From a bacterium (lineage in GTDB: Bacteria; UBA8248; JACPRG01; G963555815), in NCBI GenBank assembly GCA_965261595.1, contig CBDHDG010000006.1, positions 448,001 through 512,000 of the forward strand: a stretch of 64,000 nt of DNA, written 5' to 3'. This document shows positions 41,711 through 51,757 of the stretch, piece after piece (the first letter of the stretch is position 1; each line of letters begins with the position of its first letter). The notes under the pieces were generated by a model. It saw nothing but the letters and a program-made list of their open reading frames with translations, ran no database searches and had not been told where the DNA came from. Position numbers and translations under genes: made by a program.

Positions 41711-42373
41711 TCAGGCGTGAACCGCGTCCGCCTTCTTTTCTCCGGCCTCCTGCTTCTCTTCAGCCAGGATTTCCCGGATAACGCCCTCCCGAACTTCCGG
41801 CTTCGTCCAGGTGCCCTTGTAGACGATGTTCCCCTCCCGGTCGGCGATGTACGCCATGTTGGACAGCCAACCGAAGGCCTCGTAAATCTTCTGGTCCATA
41901 CCGTCCACCAGAACCGTTACCTTCTTGATACCCTTTTGCTCGACCAGCTCCTTGGCGTAGCCCATTTTCTGCTCATACGAAGCGTGAGCTTCGTACTTGC
42001 CGAAGATCCCTTCATTCGCGTGCGGCGCGCGGACGTAGATGTTGAAAATCTCCAAATCGTCCCCGTACCTTTCGGCCAGATTTTCCATGTGCGGCACTTG
42101 CCGCCGGTACGGCGGTCACGTGATAGCGCCGAACTCGAAGAGCTGGAGCTTCTTTCCGATCAGGTCCACCGTATTGACGCGGCGGCCGTCCGTGGTCTCG
42201 AGCTGGACCGTCGGGATCTTCGAGCCGAGGGCCGCCGCGTCCTGGAATTTTGCGTACACGGCGCTCACCTTCTCGTTGAATTTTATCTTGACGAGCTTCC
42301 ACCAGTTCAGGAACAGGAACGAGTAGAACTTGCTCGGCGGGTTTCTGCCGAATTCACCTCTGGTCTGAATCAT
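41711..42373 (-). CDS. Iodothyronine deiodinase-like thioredoxin-fold protein; probable selenoprotein with TGA at 42118-42116
   Basis: FEFGAIT-(TGA)-PPY is in frame with the downstream ORF; IYVR.PH, VDGMD, G.IVYKG follow the deiodinase pattern. Confidence 0.85.
42088..42115 (-). promoter_or_regulatory. Candidate bacterial SECIS
   Basis: GCGGCAAGTGCCGC (42104-42091) begins 11 nt after the TGA; perfect GCGGC/GCCGC stem. Confidence 0.65.
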
Positions 42374-42736
42374 CCAATCCTCCCTGTCGGCCTCGGGATT
42401 TGCATCTCCTCCGGACACTCGCCACACAAACGGCCGGCCTCAGCGAGAAACCCTGCGGCGATCACGCGAATCACCCCATTTTCCATTTTACCCCCTAAGA
42501 TTGTAAATAAGCGAGGGCGCGTAATATTCCACCCGATTGCTCCATTCGCCCGGCCGACCCGGTCCGGGAGACCCCGGCCAACCGTCCCGCCGGTTGAAGG
42601 AAAAAACCCTTTCTGTTAACATCCAGGCCGACCCTGAAGCGAAGCGCCATTCCCCACCGAGAACCTTATCCTTGACGGGTCGCCTCACAACAGGAGGGGA
42701 TGGGCAACGGCGCGCGGGAACGCGGAGATTGGAACG

Positions 42737-43447
42737 ATGAGCGTCCTGTCCATCCAGCACGTGGGATGCGAGCCCATGGGTCTGCTTGAGGAGATCCTGG
42801 AGGAATACCGGATCGGCTACAGGTACGTCCGGCCCTACCTCGGCGAGCCGGTCCCGCAGACCCATTTCGGAATCGACCTCCTTATCCTCATGGGCGGCCC
42901 CATGAACGTCTACGAGCACACCGCCCACCCCTGGCTCCTGGATGAGGACGTCCTGATCCGGAACTGCCTGAAGGAACGGACCCCCATCCTCGGCATTTGC
43001 CTGGGGTCCCAGCTCATCGCGAAAGCGGCCGACGTCGAGGTGAGGGCGGGTCACGCCAAAGAAATCGGTTGGCACCCGATTCAGCTGACCCCCGAGGCCC
43101 GGGCCGACCCGGTCTTCGCCGGGATGGAGGAGGAGTTCCCCGTCTTTCACTGGCACGGAGACACGTTCGACCTGCCGGAAGGGGCCGTCCGCCTCGCGGG
43201 CTCGGCGATGTATCCGAACCAGGCCTACTGCCTGGCGGACAACGTCTACGCCTTCCAGTTCCACGTGGAAGTCACCCAGCCGATGGTCCGCGCGTGGTGC
43301 GCGGAATACCCGGAAGACGTGGAGACGGTGGATACCGCCATCGATGATCCACCCGTTTACGAAGGCTGCCGGGAGCGGATCGGCCCCCTGCACGAGAAGG
43401 CGCGGCAAATTTTTGTCAATTACTTCAGGCACATCCATCTGATCTGA
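42737..43447 (+). CDS. Type 1 glutamine amidotransferase-like protein
   Basis: MGGPM, LGICLGSQL, EIGW, FHWHGDTF, FQFHVE. Confidence 0.92.
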   Translation: MSVLSIQHVGCEPMGLLEEILEEYRIGYRYVRPYLGEPVPQTHFGIDLLILMGGPMNVYEHTAHPWLLDEDVLIRNCLKERTPILGICLGSQLIAKAADVEVRAGHAKEIGWHPIQLTPEARADPVFAGMEEEFPVFHWHGDTFDLPEGAVRLAGSAMYPNQAYCLADNVYAFQFHVEVTQPMVRAWCAEYPEDVETVDTAIDDPPVYEGCRERIGPLHEKARQIFVNYFRHIHLI

Positions 43448-43511
43448 TTCGCCGCCTGTCGCGGGGGCGCGCGTCGGCGCCCCCGCGAAGCCCATCCGCC
43501 CAGGAGTCCCG

Positions 43512-44495
43512 TTGATGAATGCGCCTACCCCCGAGGGCCCCGCCGTCCGGGCGCCACGATTCAGCGTTCAAATCCCGCAGCAGGACATCCCCTACGCCGA
43601 GCTGGTGGAGATCGCCCTGGAGGCGGAAGACCTGGGCTACGATTCGGTCTGGGTCTTCGATCATTTCTTCCCCATCATCGGACGCCCGGAGGGGCCCTGC
43701 ATGGACGGCTGGACGGTCCTCTCCGCGCTGGCGGCGCTGACAAAGCGGGTCCGCCTCGGCGTCCTGGTCAGTGGAATCACGTACCGTCATCCGTCCGTTC
43801 TGGCCAAGATGGCGACGACGATCGACATCATCAGCGGGGGGCGGCTGGATTTCGGCCTGGGGGGCGCCTGGTTCGAGCTGGAACACCGGGCGTTGGGCAT
43901 CCCGTTTCCCGGCATCCGCGAACGGCTCGAGCGGCTGGAGGAGGCCCTTCAGCTCACCCGCCTGCTCTGGACGCGGGGGACCGAGGGCAAGGTCGATTTC
44001 GAGGGAAAGCACTATCAGCTCCACGAGGCGCTTTGCAATCCCGCCCCGGTCCAGAAGCCTCACCCGCCCATCATGGTCGGCGGGGGGGGCGAGAAGCGAA
44101 CGCTGCGCACCGTCGCCCGCCACGCGGATCTGTGGAACACCTTCGGCTCGCCAGAGGTTTTTCGCCGCAAGCTCTCCATCCTGCGCGGACATTGCGAGGC
44201 CGAAGGCCGGAACCCGGACGACATCGAGAGCTCGGTTCTCCTTGCCACCTATGTCAGCGAGGATTCCCGATCGGTGGATCGGGTCGTGAAGGAAACCGCC
44301 GCGAAAATGGCTCAGTCGGAAGAGGGGGCCCGCCAAGCGATGCTTGTCGGGGACCCCGACGCGGTCACGGACCGGATCCGGGAGTATCACGACGCGGGCG
44401 TCACCCACATCTTTTTCGGGTGCATGCCGGTCTGGGATCGCCCCTCCCTGCGCCGGTTCGCCGCGGAAGTGATCCCGAGATTCAGGGACGCCTGA
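43512..44495 (+). CDS. Luciferase-like monooxygenase family (LLM, F420-type) oxidoreductase
   Basis: GYDSVW.FDH, YRHPSVLAKMATT.D..SGGR, P.Q.PHPPI.VGG.GEKRTL. Confidence 0.9.
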   Translation: MMNAPTPEGPAVRAPRFSVQIPQQDIPYAELVEIALEAEDLGYDSVWVFDHFFPIIGRPEGPCMDGWTVLSALAALTKRVRLGVLVSGITYRHPSVLAKMATTIDIISGGRLDFGLGGAWFELEHRALGIPFPGIRERLERLEEALQLTRLLWTRGTEGKVDFEGKHYQLHEALCNPAPVQKPHPPIMVGGGGEKRTLRTVARHADLWNTFGSPEVFRRKLSILRGHCEAEGRNPDDIESSVLLATYVSEDSRSVDRVVKETAAKMAQSEEGARQAMLVGDPDAVTDRIREYHDAGVTHIFFGCMPVWDRPSLRRFAAEVIPRFRDA

Positions 44496-44577
44496 GCGGC
44501 GGGTCCGGCCGGCCCGAATCCTGAAGGACCGTCCAAGTCGTCCCCATCCGGGACAGATATCCACTTCGGAGAAAACC

Positions 44578-45801
44578 ATGGATTCATTCGCCCGCGGAAC
44601 CTTCAACGTGGACTACGAGGCCCGCATCGATTGGGATCGCCTGCGACTTGAACGGGTCGAGAAGACCCAGCGGCGCATGAAGGCCGAGGGCATCGACGCC
44701 CTCCTTCTCTGGCAGGATGAGAACGTCCGCTACCTGACGAGTCAGCGGGCCATCATGCTCCAGTACCGCTCGGTGACCCACTACGGGGTGCTCCTCGGGC
44801 AGGAGGCCGGCCCGGTGCTGTTGACCTCGGGCGGAGAGATCGACCGGGTCCGGGAGGCGATGCCCTGGGTCCCGCACATCGAGGCCATCCCCCACATGAC
44901 CGAGCCGGGTCTGGTCGAGAACGTGACGCGAAACCAGATTCTCCCCCACCTCGAAGCGTTCGGCGCGGACCGGGGAAAGGTCGGAATCGACGCGGCCACG
45001 TTCACCATGCGCCAAGTCTTCGAGAAAGAGCTTGCGGGCGTCGAGTGGGTCGACGGCGAGCACTTCATGTACCTGTCGCGCGTCCGGAAGCTCCCGGACG
45101 AGATCCAGGCCCTCCAGGAGGCCACGGCCATCGCCGACGCCGTCACGCAAACGGCCATCGACCACGTCCGCGCGGGCGTGCGGGAGTGCGAGGTGGCGGC
45201 CGAGGCCATGCGGACGCTCTTCCGGCTCGGGGGGGAATTCGCCCACCTGGCCAGCCCGTTCGTGGCGTCGGGGGAGAGGATGTCGCCGCCGACCCGTTTC
45301 GCCACGGACAAGATCATCCGCCACGGCGACATCGTCTTCATCGACATCGGCGCCATGTGGGGGGGATACTTCGGAGACGTGGGGCGGACGGTGATTTGCG
45401 GAAAACCCTCCCGCCGCCAACAGGAGATCTACACCGCCGTCTACGAGTGCCTGCACGCCGGGGTCGAGCAAATGCGGCCCGGGAACACGAACGTCCAGGC
45501 CACCCGGGCGTTTCTCGACAAGGCCGCCGAGCACGGCCTGGAGAAAAACTTCATCAACCTCTACATCGGGCACGGCTGCGGCGTCAGCCCCAACGAGCCG
45601 CCCTACGTGGGCGAGGCGGCCACGGGGGCGATGGAGATCGAGTTCCGGCCCGACATGGTGTTCGCCATCGAGCCGCTCATCTGGGTCCCGAACGTCCGGG
45701 GCGGAGGCGGAGTCAGGGTGGAGGACATGATCTGGGTTCGGGAGGACGGTCCCGAGTACATGAGCCGCGCGCCGTACTGCGAGGAGCTTCTCATCCGATA
45801 A
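44578..45801 (+). CDS. M24 (Xaa-Pro peptidase/creatinase fold) hydrolase
   Basis: IDIG....GY.GD..RT, GHG.G, AIEP, GVRVED. Confidence 0.9.
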   Translation: MDSFARGTFNVDYEARIDWDRLRLERVEKTQRRMKAEGIDALLLWQDENVRYLTSQRAIMLQYRSVTHYGVLLGQEAGPVLLTSGGEIDRVREAMPWVPHIEAIPHMTEPGLVENVTRNQILPHLEAFGADRGKVGIDAATFTMRQVFEKELAGVEWVDGEHFMYLSRVRKLPDEIQALQEATAIADAVTQTAIDHVRAGVRECEVAAEAMRTLFRLGGEFAHLASPFVASGERMSPPTRFATDKIIRHGDIVFIDIGAMWGGYFGDVGRTVICGKPSRRQQEIYTAVYECLHAGVEQMRPGNTNVQATRAFLDKAAEHGLEKNFINLYIGHGCGVSPNEPPYVGEAATGAMEIEFRPDMVFAIEPLIWVPNVRGGGGVRVEDMIWVREDGPEYMSRAPYCEELLIR

Positions 45802-45817
45802 TCCGGTGTCTTTCATT

Positions 45818-45992
45818 GTAAGGGCGGGGCTCTGTACCCGCCCGCACCCGTAGGGGCGCACGGCCGTGCGCCCGCTTTCTGCCAACGCCAACCTACACAC
45901 GATCCTTCGTAGGGACGGGTCGGAGCCTGTGCTGATCCAAGCGAAGTATCCCGGCCTGAATCATCGTGGGTAGGGCGGGCTTCCAGCCCGCC
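45818..45992. repeat. Cluster of GTAG-type REP-like palindromes between convergent genes
   Basis: GTAAGGGCGGG..CCCGCCC, GTAGGGGCGCACGGCCGTGCGCCC, GTAGGGACGGG, GTAGGGCGGGCTTCCAGCCCGCC. Confidence 0.75.
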
Positions 45993-46025
45993 TTCCAGCT
46001 TGCGCGCCGGCGCCTCCTTGCACGG

Positions 46026-46739
46026 TCAAACCGAAGGCTTGAGGATCTCCACGCCGAGCGGCTTGTTCTGCGGGCCGCTGCACCCCCCCGGGCAGGCGGA
46101 GATCGCGACGATGCAGTCCATCTCGGCGTACAGATCGATGGAATCCCCCTTCTTCGCTTCGGCGTCCAGGAAGAAGAGGCGGTCCCCCTCATCGATCCCT
46201 GTCGTCATGAAGATGTTGAACGCGTCGTGCACATGGTCGGGGCTCAGGCCGAATTCCGCGATCGCGCGGGCCAGGTTGTTCTGACAATTCGGGCGGCCCT
46301 TCTCGCCCGTCAACAGCTCGAAGTACACCTCGTTGCATCTCGAAAAAAGCAAATCGTGCGAGGCCGCGCCGTGCGGGAGGGGCCTGTGCTCAACCGTATC
46401 GGCGATGATCGTGAACATGGGACGCATCCCGGGCGGCGTGCTCCAAAGCTGACTTCCAACCGTCAGGTGCGCCCCCTCGAATATCCGGGTCCTCCCAGAC
46501 CAGAACATCTCCCGGGGGTCGTCTTTGCCGAAGGCGTTGAAATCCGCCACTTGGGATCCTTCAACCTCGATCACGCGCAGGACCTGACCCTTCTCGACGA
46601 CGAAGGCCCGGCCGGTTTCTTTCGGAATGACGAATTCCTGAAGCAGCTCGCCGTCCTCGCGGCCTTCGGCAAGCCTCTGATAGAAAGCTTCATCTTTGAC
46701 GTGGAACTTCGGATGTTGGTCGAACTTTTTCGGGTTCAT
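46026..46739 (-). CDS. DUF1989 (urea carboxylase-associated) family protein
   Basis: G.QVADF, HD....C, NC..NL, FNIF, ISACP. Confidence 0.9.
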   Translation of the reverse strand: MNPKKFDQHPKFHVKDEAFYQRLAEGREDGELLQEFVIPKETGRAFVVEKGQVLRVIEVEGSQVADFNAFGKDDPREMFWSGRTRIFEGAHLTVGSQLWSTPPGMRPMFTIIADTVEHRPLPHGAASHDLLFSRCNEVYFELLTGEKGRPNCQNNLARAIAEFGLSPDHVHDAFNIFMTTGIDEGDRLFFLDAEAKKGDSIDLYAEMDCIVAISACPGGCSGPQNKPLGVEILKPSV

Positions 46740-46887
46740 CCACGCTTCCCCATGATCCCGGCCTGAAATGAAAAGGCGGCCCCATCAGGGCCGCCCGCTT
46801 CGCCAATGAGAGACTCTTCCGGGGAGGAAGAGGGGGGGGTCCGGAAGAAGATGCCCGTAAAAAACCTCCGGAGCGAGATCCGCCTCC

Positions 46888-47541
46888 TTACCGCTTCACC
46901 GCCGCGCCCCGCTCGGCCCAAGCGGCGATGACCTCATCGGCCTTGCCGACCCGGCCGAAGAACCTGCGGGCGTTGGCGAGGGTGCCTTCGTGAAACTCCT
47001 TGCTCGTCGTCGCGCAGGCGTCCTCGACGATGACGACGTTGTAATCCAGCATGAAGCCCTCCCGGGCCGTGCTCTCGACACACACGTTCGTGGCCACGCC
47101 CGTCATGATGATCGTCTTCACGCCCAGGTTTCGCAGCATCAGGTCCAGGTTGGTCCCGGTGAATCCGCCGTAGCGGTTCTTCGTCAGGAGAACGTCGCCG
47201 TCCTTCGGCTCGAACCCCTCGCAAAGCTCCGCCCCCCAGCTTCCCTCTTCCACGATGGGGACGGCGTCGGGACCGAAGTTGAGCTCCTCCAGGCGCTGTT
47301 TGGCCGGCCAATCAGCCTCCGGCGAGCGGGCGACCCGGAAGATGACGACCTTGCAGCCGGCGCCGCGGGCCTCCTCCATCAGATTTTCAAGACGGGGGAG
47401 GATCTCCTGGATCGGGCCCATGTCCGTGCCCAGCTTCCCGAAGGCCCCCTCGTCATGGCAGAAATCGTTCTGAACGTCGATCACAATGAGCGCCGAGGTG
47501 GAGGGGTCCACCCATTCGCCCAGGTCGGTTACGTCCTTCAT
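46888..47541 (-). CDS. Isochorismatase-family cysteine hydrolase (RutB-like)
   Basis: IDVQNDF, KNRY, GVATNVCVESTAR. Confidence 0.9.
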   Translation of the reverse strand: MKDVTDLGEWVDPSTSALIVIDVQNDFCHDEGAFGKLGTDMGPIQEILPRLENLMEEARGAGCKVVIFRVARSPEADWPAKQRLEELNFGPDAVPIVEEGSWGAELCEGFEPKDGDVLLTKNRYGGFTGTNLDLMLRNLGVKTIIMTGVATNVCVESTAREGFMLDYNVVIVEDACATTSKEFHEGTLANARRFFGRVGKADEVIAAWAERGAAVKR

Positions 47542-47670
47542 CGTCAGCCCTCCTCCCCCATTCGGTTAACGCCCAAGCGCCCTTGAAGCGCGGCGGAATT
47601 CAGCGGATTATTGAAAAACAGTCTAGGGGAAATGGACGCCCCAGTTCAAGCCAATCAAGCCGGTCCAGTA

Positions 47671-47825
47671 TAGAACCTATCTCAAAATCCCATTTCCCAC
47701 TCCTTGGGCCTTTGGTCGTCATTCCCGCGAAAGCGGGAATCCAGTGTTTTCAAGCTTCTCTGGATGCCCGCCTACGACATGAGGACATGACGGTTCGGAT
47801 ACGACCGATTTCGAGATAGGTTCTA
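47671..47825. mobile_element. MITE-like element of 155 bp containing a GTC-type REP
   Basis: TIRs TAGAACCTATCTCAAAATC / GATTTCGAGATAGGTTCTA (18 of 19 match); internal GTCATTCCCGCGAAAGCGGGAATCCAG. Confidence 0.7.
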
Positions 47826-48023
47826 GTGTCTCGTAAAAGGTTTTACATTTCGTGACCCGAATGGTCCCGCTCCGGCCGGGCAAGGAGTCAACCGACCCAA
47901 ACGCCCGGCCTGCCGAAAGGTGTAAACCCGGTGTTTTCAAAGGGAATTATATAGATAAGTGGCATTTCCCCCTTAACATCCGTGCCACTTTCCTATAGGA
48001 TTATCTGTAGGAGGTCAAGGGAG

Positions 48024-49011
48024 ATGGCACACAAAGCACCTGGAAAAGCCCACCGCGTAGGACTCGGATTCGTCCAGTTCACCGAGATGTTCCCCGACAA
48101 CGAGACGGCGGAGAAGTGGATTGCCGAAGTGCGGTGGCCCGATGGCCCGCGTTGCCCAGTGTGCGACTCGGACAAGGTGCAGCACCCGACCGGTCACAAG
48201 ACCATGCCGTACCGGTGCCAAGTCAAGGGATGCCGGCAGAAGTTCAGTGTGAAGACCGGCACCGTCATGGAATCGTCGAAGGTCACCTATCGGGAGTGGG
48301 CCATTGCCGTGTACCTGTTCTGTACGAACCTCAAGGGCGTGTCGTCCATGAAGCTGCACCGGGACCTGAACCGGACTCAAAAGACGAGCTGGCATCTTGC
48401 CCACCGGCTCCGCGAGGCATGGGTGCATGACGAAGGGTTTGCGTTCACCGGACCGGTTGAAGTAGACGAGACCTACATGGGTGGCAAGGAACGCAACAAG
48501 CATGGCGTCAAGAAGATCAACAAGGGTCGTGGGCCTGTTGGCAAGAAGGCGGTTATCGGCATGAAGGACCGGGACACCAACTGGGTCACCGCCATGACGA
48601 TAGACAGGACGGACGCGCCCACGTTGCAGGGTTTCGTGCTTGGGGCAGGTGGCACCCGACGCGAAGGTGTACACCGATGACCACGGCGGGTATTACGGCC
48701 TGCCGAACCACGAGACGGTCAAGCACTCCGTGGGCGAGTACGTGGACGGACAGGCCCACACGAACGGTATCGAGTCCTTTTGGTCCATGCTCAAGAGGGG
48801 CTACCACGGGGTGTACCACCGCATGAGTCCCGAGCACCTGGACAGGTACGTGACGGAGTTCTCGGGACGCCACAATCTGCGGAATGAGGATACGGTTGCC
48901 CAGATGGTCGCCGTGTTCCGGGGCACGGTCGGACGGCGGTTGAAGTACGATGACCTGATTGCCCCCAAGCTCGCTCCGGTGCTGACCGCGCCGGGGAGCG
49001 ACGTGTTCTAG
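48024..49011 (+). pseudogene. IS1595-family transposase, frameshift near 48640
   Basis: CPVC..C...C, VEVDETYMGG; then VYTD, HTNGIESFWS..KRG..G.YH in another frame. Confidence 0.9.
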
Positions 49012-49062
49012 GGAGGCGGCTTGGCTGGGGAATTATAGCGGATAGCCAAGCCGCCCATGGCA

Positions 49063-49290
49063 TCAAGCGGAAATCCATTTGAGGTATGCGAAGACCAAGG
49101 AAAGTGCCGTGGCAATAGAGACTAGCGCGCCCATGACTACCTGGAACTTGGTGGGATAATGCTTGTCGAGATCATTGCGGAGGCCGGTGACTCTTTGTCC
49201 AAGAACGGCAACTTTGACTGCGATATCTTCCCTATCCTCACGGTCGCCTTCCTGTGGCGGGGGTCCGCCGGGAGGTCGCCGAACCGCCAT
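49063..49290 (-). CDS. Small passenger protein with coiled segment and C-terminal TM helix
   Basis: Translationally coupled to the upstream gene (TAATG overlap); hydrophobic C-terminus. Confidence 0.6.
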   Translation of the reverse strand: MAVRRPPGGPPPQEGDREDREDIAVKVAVLGQRVTGLRNDLDKHYPTKFQVVMGALVSIATALSLVFAYLKWISA

Positions 49291-49574
49291 TACTTCCGAC
49301 TTTCAGCTTCCGTAAGCCACTCCCAAAGGGACGGCGACGTGTAGCCTGAATATGCGCCATTCAACTTGAAGACTGCGCCGGTCGCGGCGTCGACCTGCTG
49401 AGCCCCCTTGATGCCGATGTTTTCAGCAATCGTCTCGGTAAGCTCTCCCGAAACAAGATAGACCCTGTTGGAAAAGTCGTAATGGTTGGGGTAGTGCGCC
49501 TCGATTTTTTCGGTGACTGCCCCTACGGCATCATCGGGAATATCTTCGTCCAGCACAATAATGAAGATCGGCAT
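49290..49574 (-). CDS. Small passenger protein of unknown function
   Basis: 94-aa ORF with a G-rich RBS; MPIFIIVLD...LWEWL. Confidence 0.65.
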   Translation of the reverse strand: MPIFIIVLDEDIPDDAVGAVTEKIEAHYPNHYDFSNRVYLVSGELTETIAENIGIKGAQQVDAATGAVFKLNGAYSGYTSPSLWEWLTEAESRK

Positions 49575-49867
49575 TGGTCAACCCCCCCCTCTCTCGTGAG
49601 GCATGACCCCACTGTTAACACGAAACCGCCTTCCGTTCGAGAGGATTCTGACCCTCTTGTGCGCCCGTGGGTTGTGATGTGAATGGAGCACGCGACGTTG
49701 TACGACACAACGTGTACCGTGAAAAAATCTCGACCTTCCCGGTCATCAACCTCCGCGTTTCCGGTTGACATCTCCGCCCACCCTTCCTAGTCTCGCACCC
49801 GAACGCATCCAACGGGAGTCCCGGCAACCTCGCCGGGACATTGATCCGAACCAACGGGAGGCATGAC

Positions 49868-50619
49868 ATGAAGAAGGCCGGAGGAATCATCGGAGTCGTA
49901 GCGGGCACCTTGGGCGTGATCGCCGCTTTCATCACTCTGTTCGTGGGCGGGGTGGCTCTGCCCTCGAAGCGGAAGGAGCAAGCACGGTAGTCGGCCTCGG
50001 CTGGGCCGGCGTGTTCTGCTCGTTCTTGGTCATCGGGCTCGGCACCGCCACCATTGCCGCCAAGGGCAAGCTCTCCGCTTGGCTGCTCGTGGTCGTGTCC
50101 CTCATCACGGCGGTCGTAGGCGGAACGATTGTCGCCATCTTCATGGCCCTCGCCTTGCTGGGTGGCATCCTGGCACTCTTGGATCGCACCCCGTCAGCCT
50201 CGATAGGCGTACTGTTGCCTTTCCTGGCGGTTGCATTCACGCTTCCAGCTTTCTCGGCACCGGTTCCTGTCAAACTGTCCGAGTATGCGTTCGATTTTCC
50301 AAAGTACGGCCATGAGATCACGGTAGACGGCAAAACCCGGAACCTTCAGGAAAAACTGACGGCGGACGACTACATCACCATCGACGATGATGGGTACAAG
50401 CTGAAGACGCTCATTGACCGGATGGGCCGTAAAGATCGCCAGCAGTTTATTTCGTTCTTCAACGAACACTGCATCACAGGCTTTATGGGGAAGCCCTGCG
50501 CGATCACGGCCTCAGGGGAAATCGAGTTGAACGAAGACATGAAAATGATCTTCCGGATGAGTACGACGAAGATCAGCAAAGGCGGAGAAGAGTGGTCGAA
50601 TGCCAACAAGGCCAAGTGA
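49868..50619 (+). CDS. Passenger membrane protein, frameshift near 49953
   Basis: GGAGG then MKKAGGIIGVVAG...FVGGV; continues as SALEAEGASTVVGLGWAGVFCSF in the 50011 frame. Confidence 0.6.
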
Positions 50620-50640
50620 TCCCTGCGAGGAGAAAACCCG

Positions 50641-50847
50641 ATGAAGACCAAGGGCAAGCGGAAGCCTATCAAGCTGACCCACCCGGAGTACCAGCCGACG
50701 AAGGCCGAGCAGGAAGAACAGACGGTGCTGAGGAACGCGGACGGGTCGGTGCCCACGCCGACCGAAGTCATGCGCGCCCTGACCCGTCCCGTCGAAGTCG
50801 CCTACCTGGAGAAGCCCAAGAGAGCCAGCCTTTCACGCCCCTCCTAG
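50641..50847 (+). CDS. Small passenger protein
   Basis: GAGGAG RBS; 68 aa; ends just inside the TIR. Confidence 0.55.
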   Translation: MKTKGKRKPIKLTHPEYQPTKAEQEEQTVLRNADGSVPTPTEVMRALTRPVEVAYLEKPKRASLSRPS

Positions 50848-50896
50848 CCTAGCAGGGAGCGTGCCACTTATCTATATAATTCCCTTTTCAAAACAG

Positions 50897-50919
50897 GTAG
50901 GGCGGGCATCTTGCCCGCC
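50897..50919. repeat. GTAG-type REP
   Basis: GTAGGGCGGGCATCTTGCCCGCC. Confidence 0.8.
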
Positions 50920-51058
50920 TTCTCCGCTCAGCGGGCCGGGAGGGGGAAAGGGGGAGGGGGGAGAGGGGGGGATTGATCCCGCCACGTTCACCGCTTTATA
51001 ATGACTTTCATCCTTCAATGAAGAATGGACTGACCCATCGCATGGGAGACCGATTGCC

Positions 51059-51685
51059 ATGACACCGGATGCCGGAGAAGTTCAAGGAGAAGTCCTCGAG
51101 GACCGAATCGTCGAGCCCCGGGGCCATTACGCACGGGAGGTCCGCCAGGGAGAGGTCCTTCGGATCATCGACATCCAAGGCCAGCAGGTGGCCGACTTCC
51201 TCGCCTTCAACCTCAACCGGCTGGAGGAGAGACTCTCGCCCGAGAACACGGTGAACCTGAACCGCTCGGTGTTCCCCAAGGTCGGCTACACGCTGTTTTC
51301 CGACGAGGCCGGAAAGCTCATGACCATCATCGCCGATACGTGCGGGGTCCACGACATGATCGCCGGGGCCTGCTCCCGGTTCACCAACGAGTACCGCTAC
51401 GGGGTGCCCGACACGCCCAACTGCCGGGACAACTTCGCCGCCGCCGTCAAACCCTGGGGCCTGAACTGGAAGGACGTTCCGTACAACATGAACGTCTTCA
51501 TGAACTGCCCCATCCAGCCCGACGGAACGTTCACCATTGAAACACCCAAATCCAAGGCGGGCGATTATGTCGATTTCCAGGCGGACATGGACGTCCTGGC
51601 GGCCATGTCCAACTGTCCGCAGGAGCGCAACCCCTGCAACTCGGGCGAGCTGAAACCCATGCGGGTCATCCACTACAAACCCTGA
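51059..51685 (+). CDS. DUF1989 (urea carboxylase-associated) family protein
   Basis: GQQVADF, DTCGVHD...AC, NCRDNF, NVFMN, MSNCPQ..NPCN. Confidence 0.92.
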   Translation: MTPDAGEVQGEVLEDRIVEPRGHYAREVRQGEVLRIIDIQGQQVADFLAFNLNRLEERLSPENTVNLNRSVFPKVGYTLFSDEAGKLMTIIADTCGVHDMIAGACSRFTNEYRYGVPDTPNCRDNFAAAVKPWGLNWKDVPYNMNVFMNCPIQPDGTFTIETPKSKAGDYVDFQADMDVLAAMSNCPQERNPCNSGELKPMRVIHYKP

Positions 51686-51757
51686 CGGGACCGTGACGAC
51701 GGCCGGCGGACACCCTTCAAACGCCCCCCCCCCCCCCGGCGCCCTGGAGACCGAGAC

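Larger units (their letters stand above)
47942..50884 (+). mobile_element. IS1595-family element with passenger genes
   Basis: Perfect 23-bp TIR GGGAATTATATAGATAAGTGGCA; 8-bp TSD TTTTCAAA (47934-47941 and 50885-50892). Confidence 0.95.

Noticed and set aside
47540..51059. Guanidine riboswitch upstream of DUF1989 genes
   Set aside because: No recognisable ykkC, mini-ykkC or ykkC-III consensus by eye; an Rfam scan would settle it
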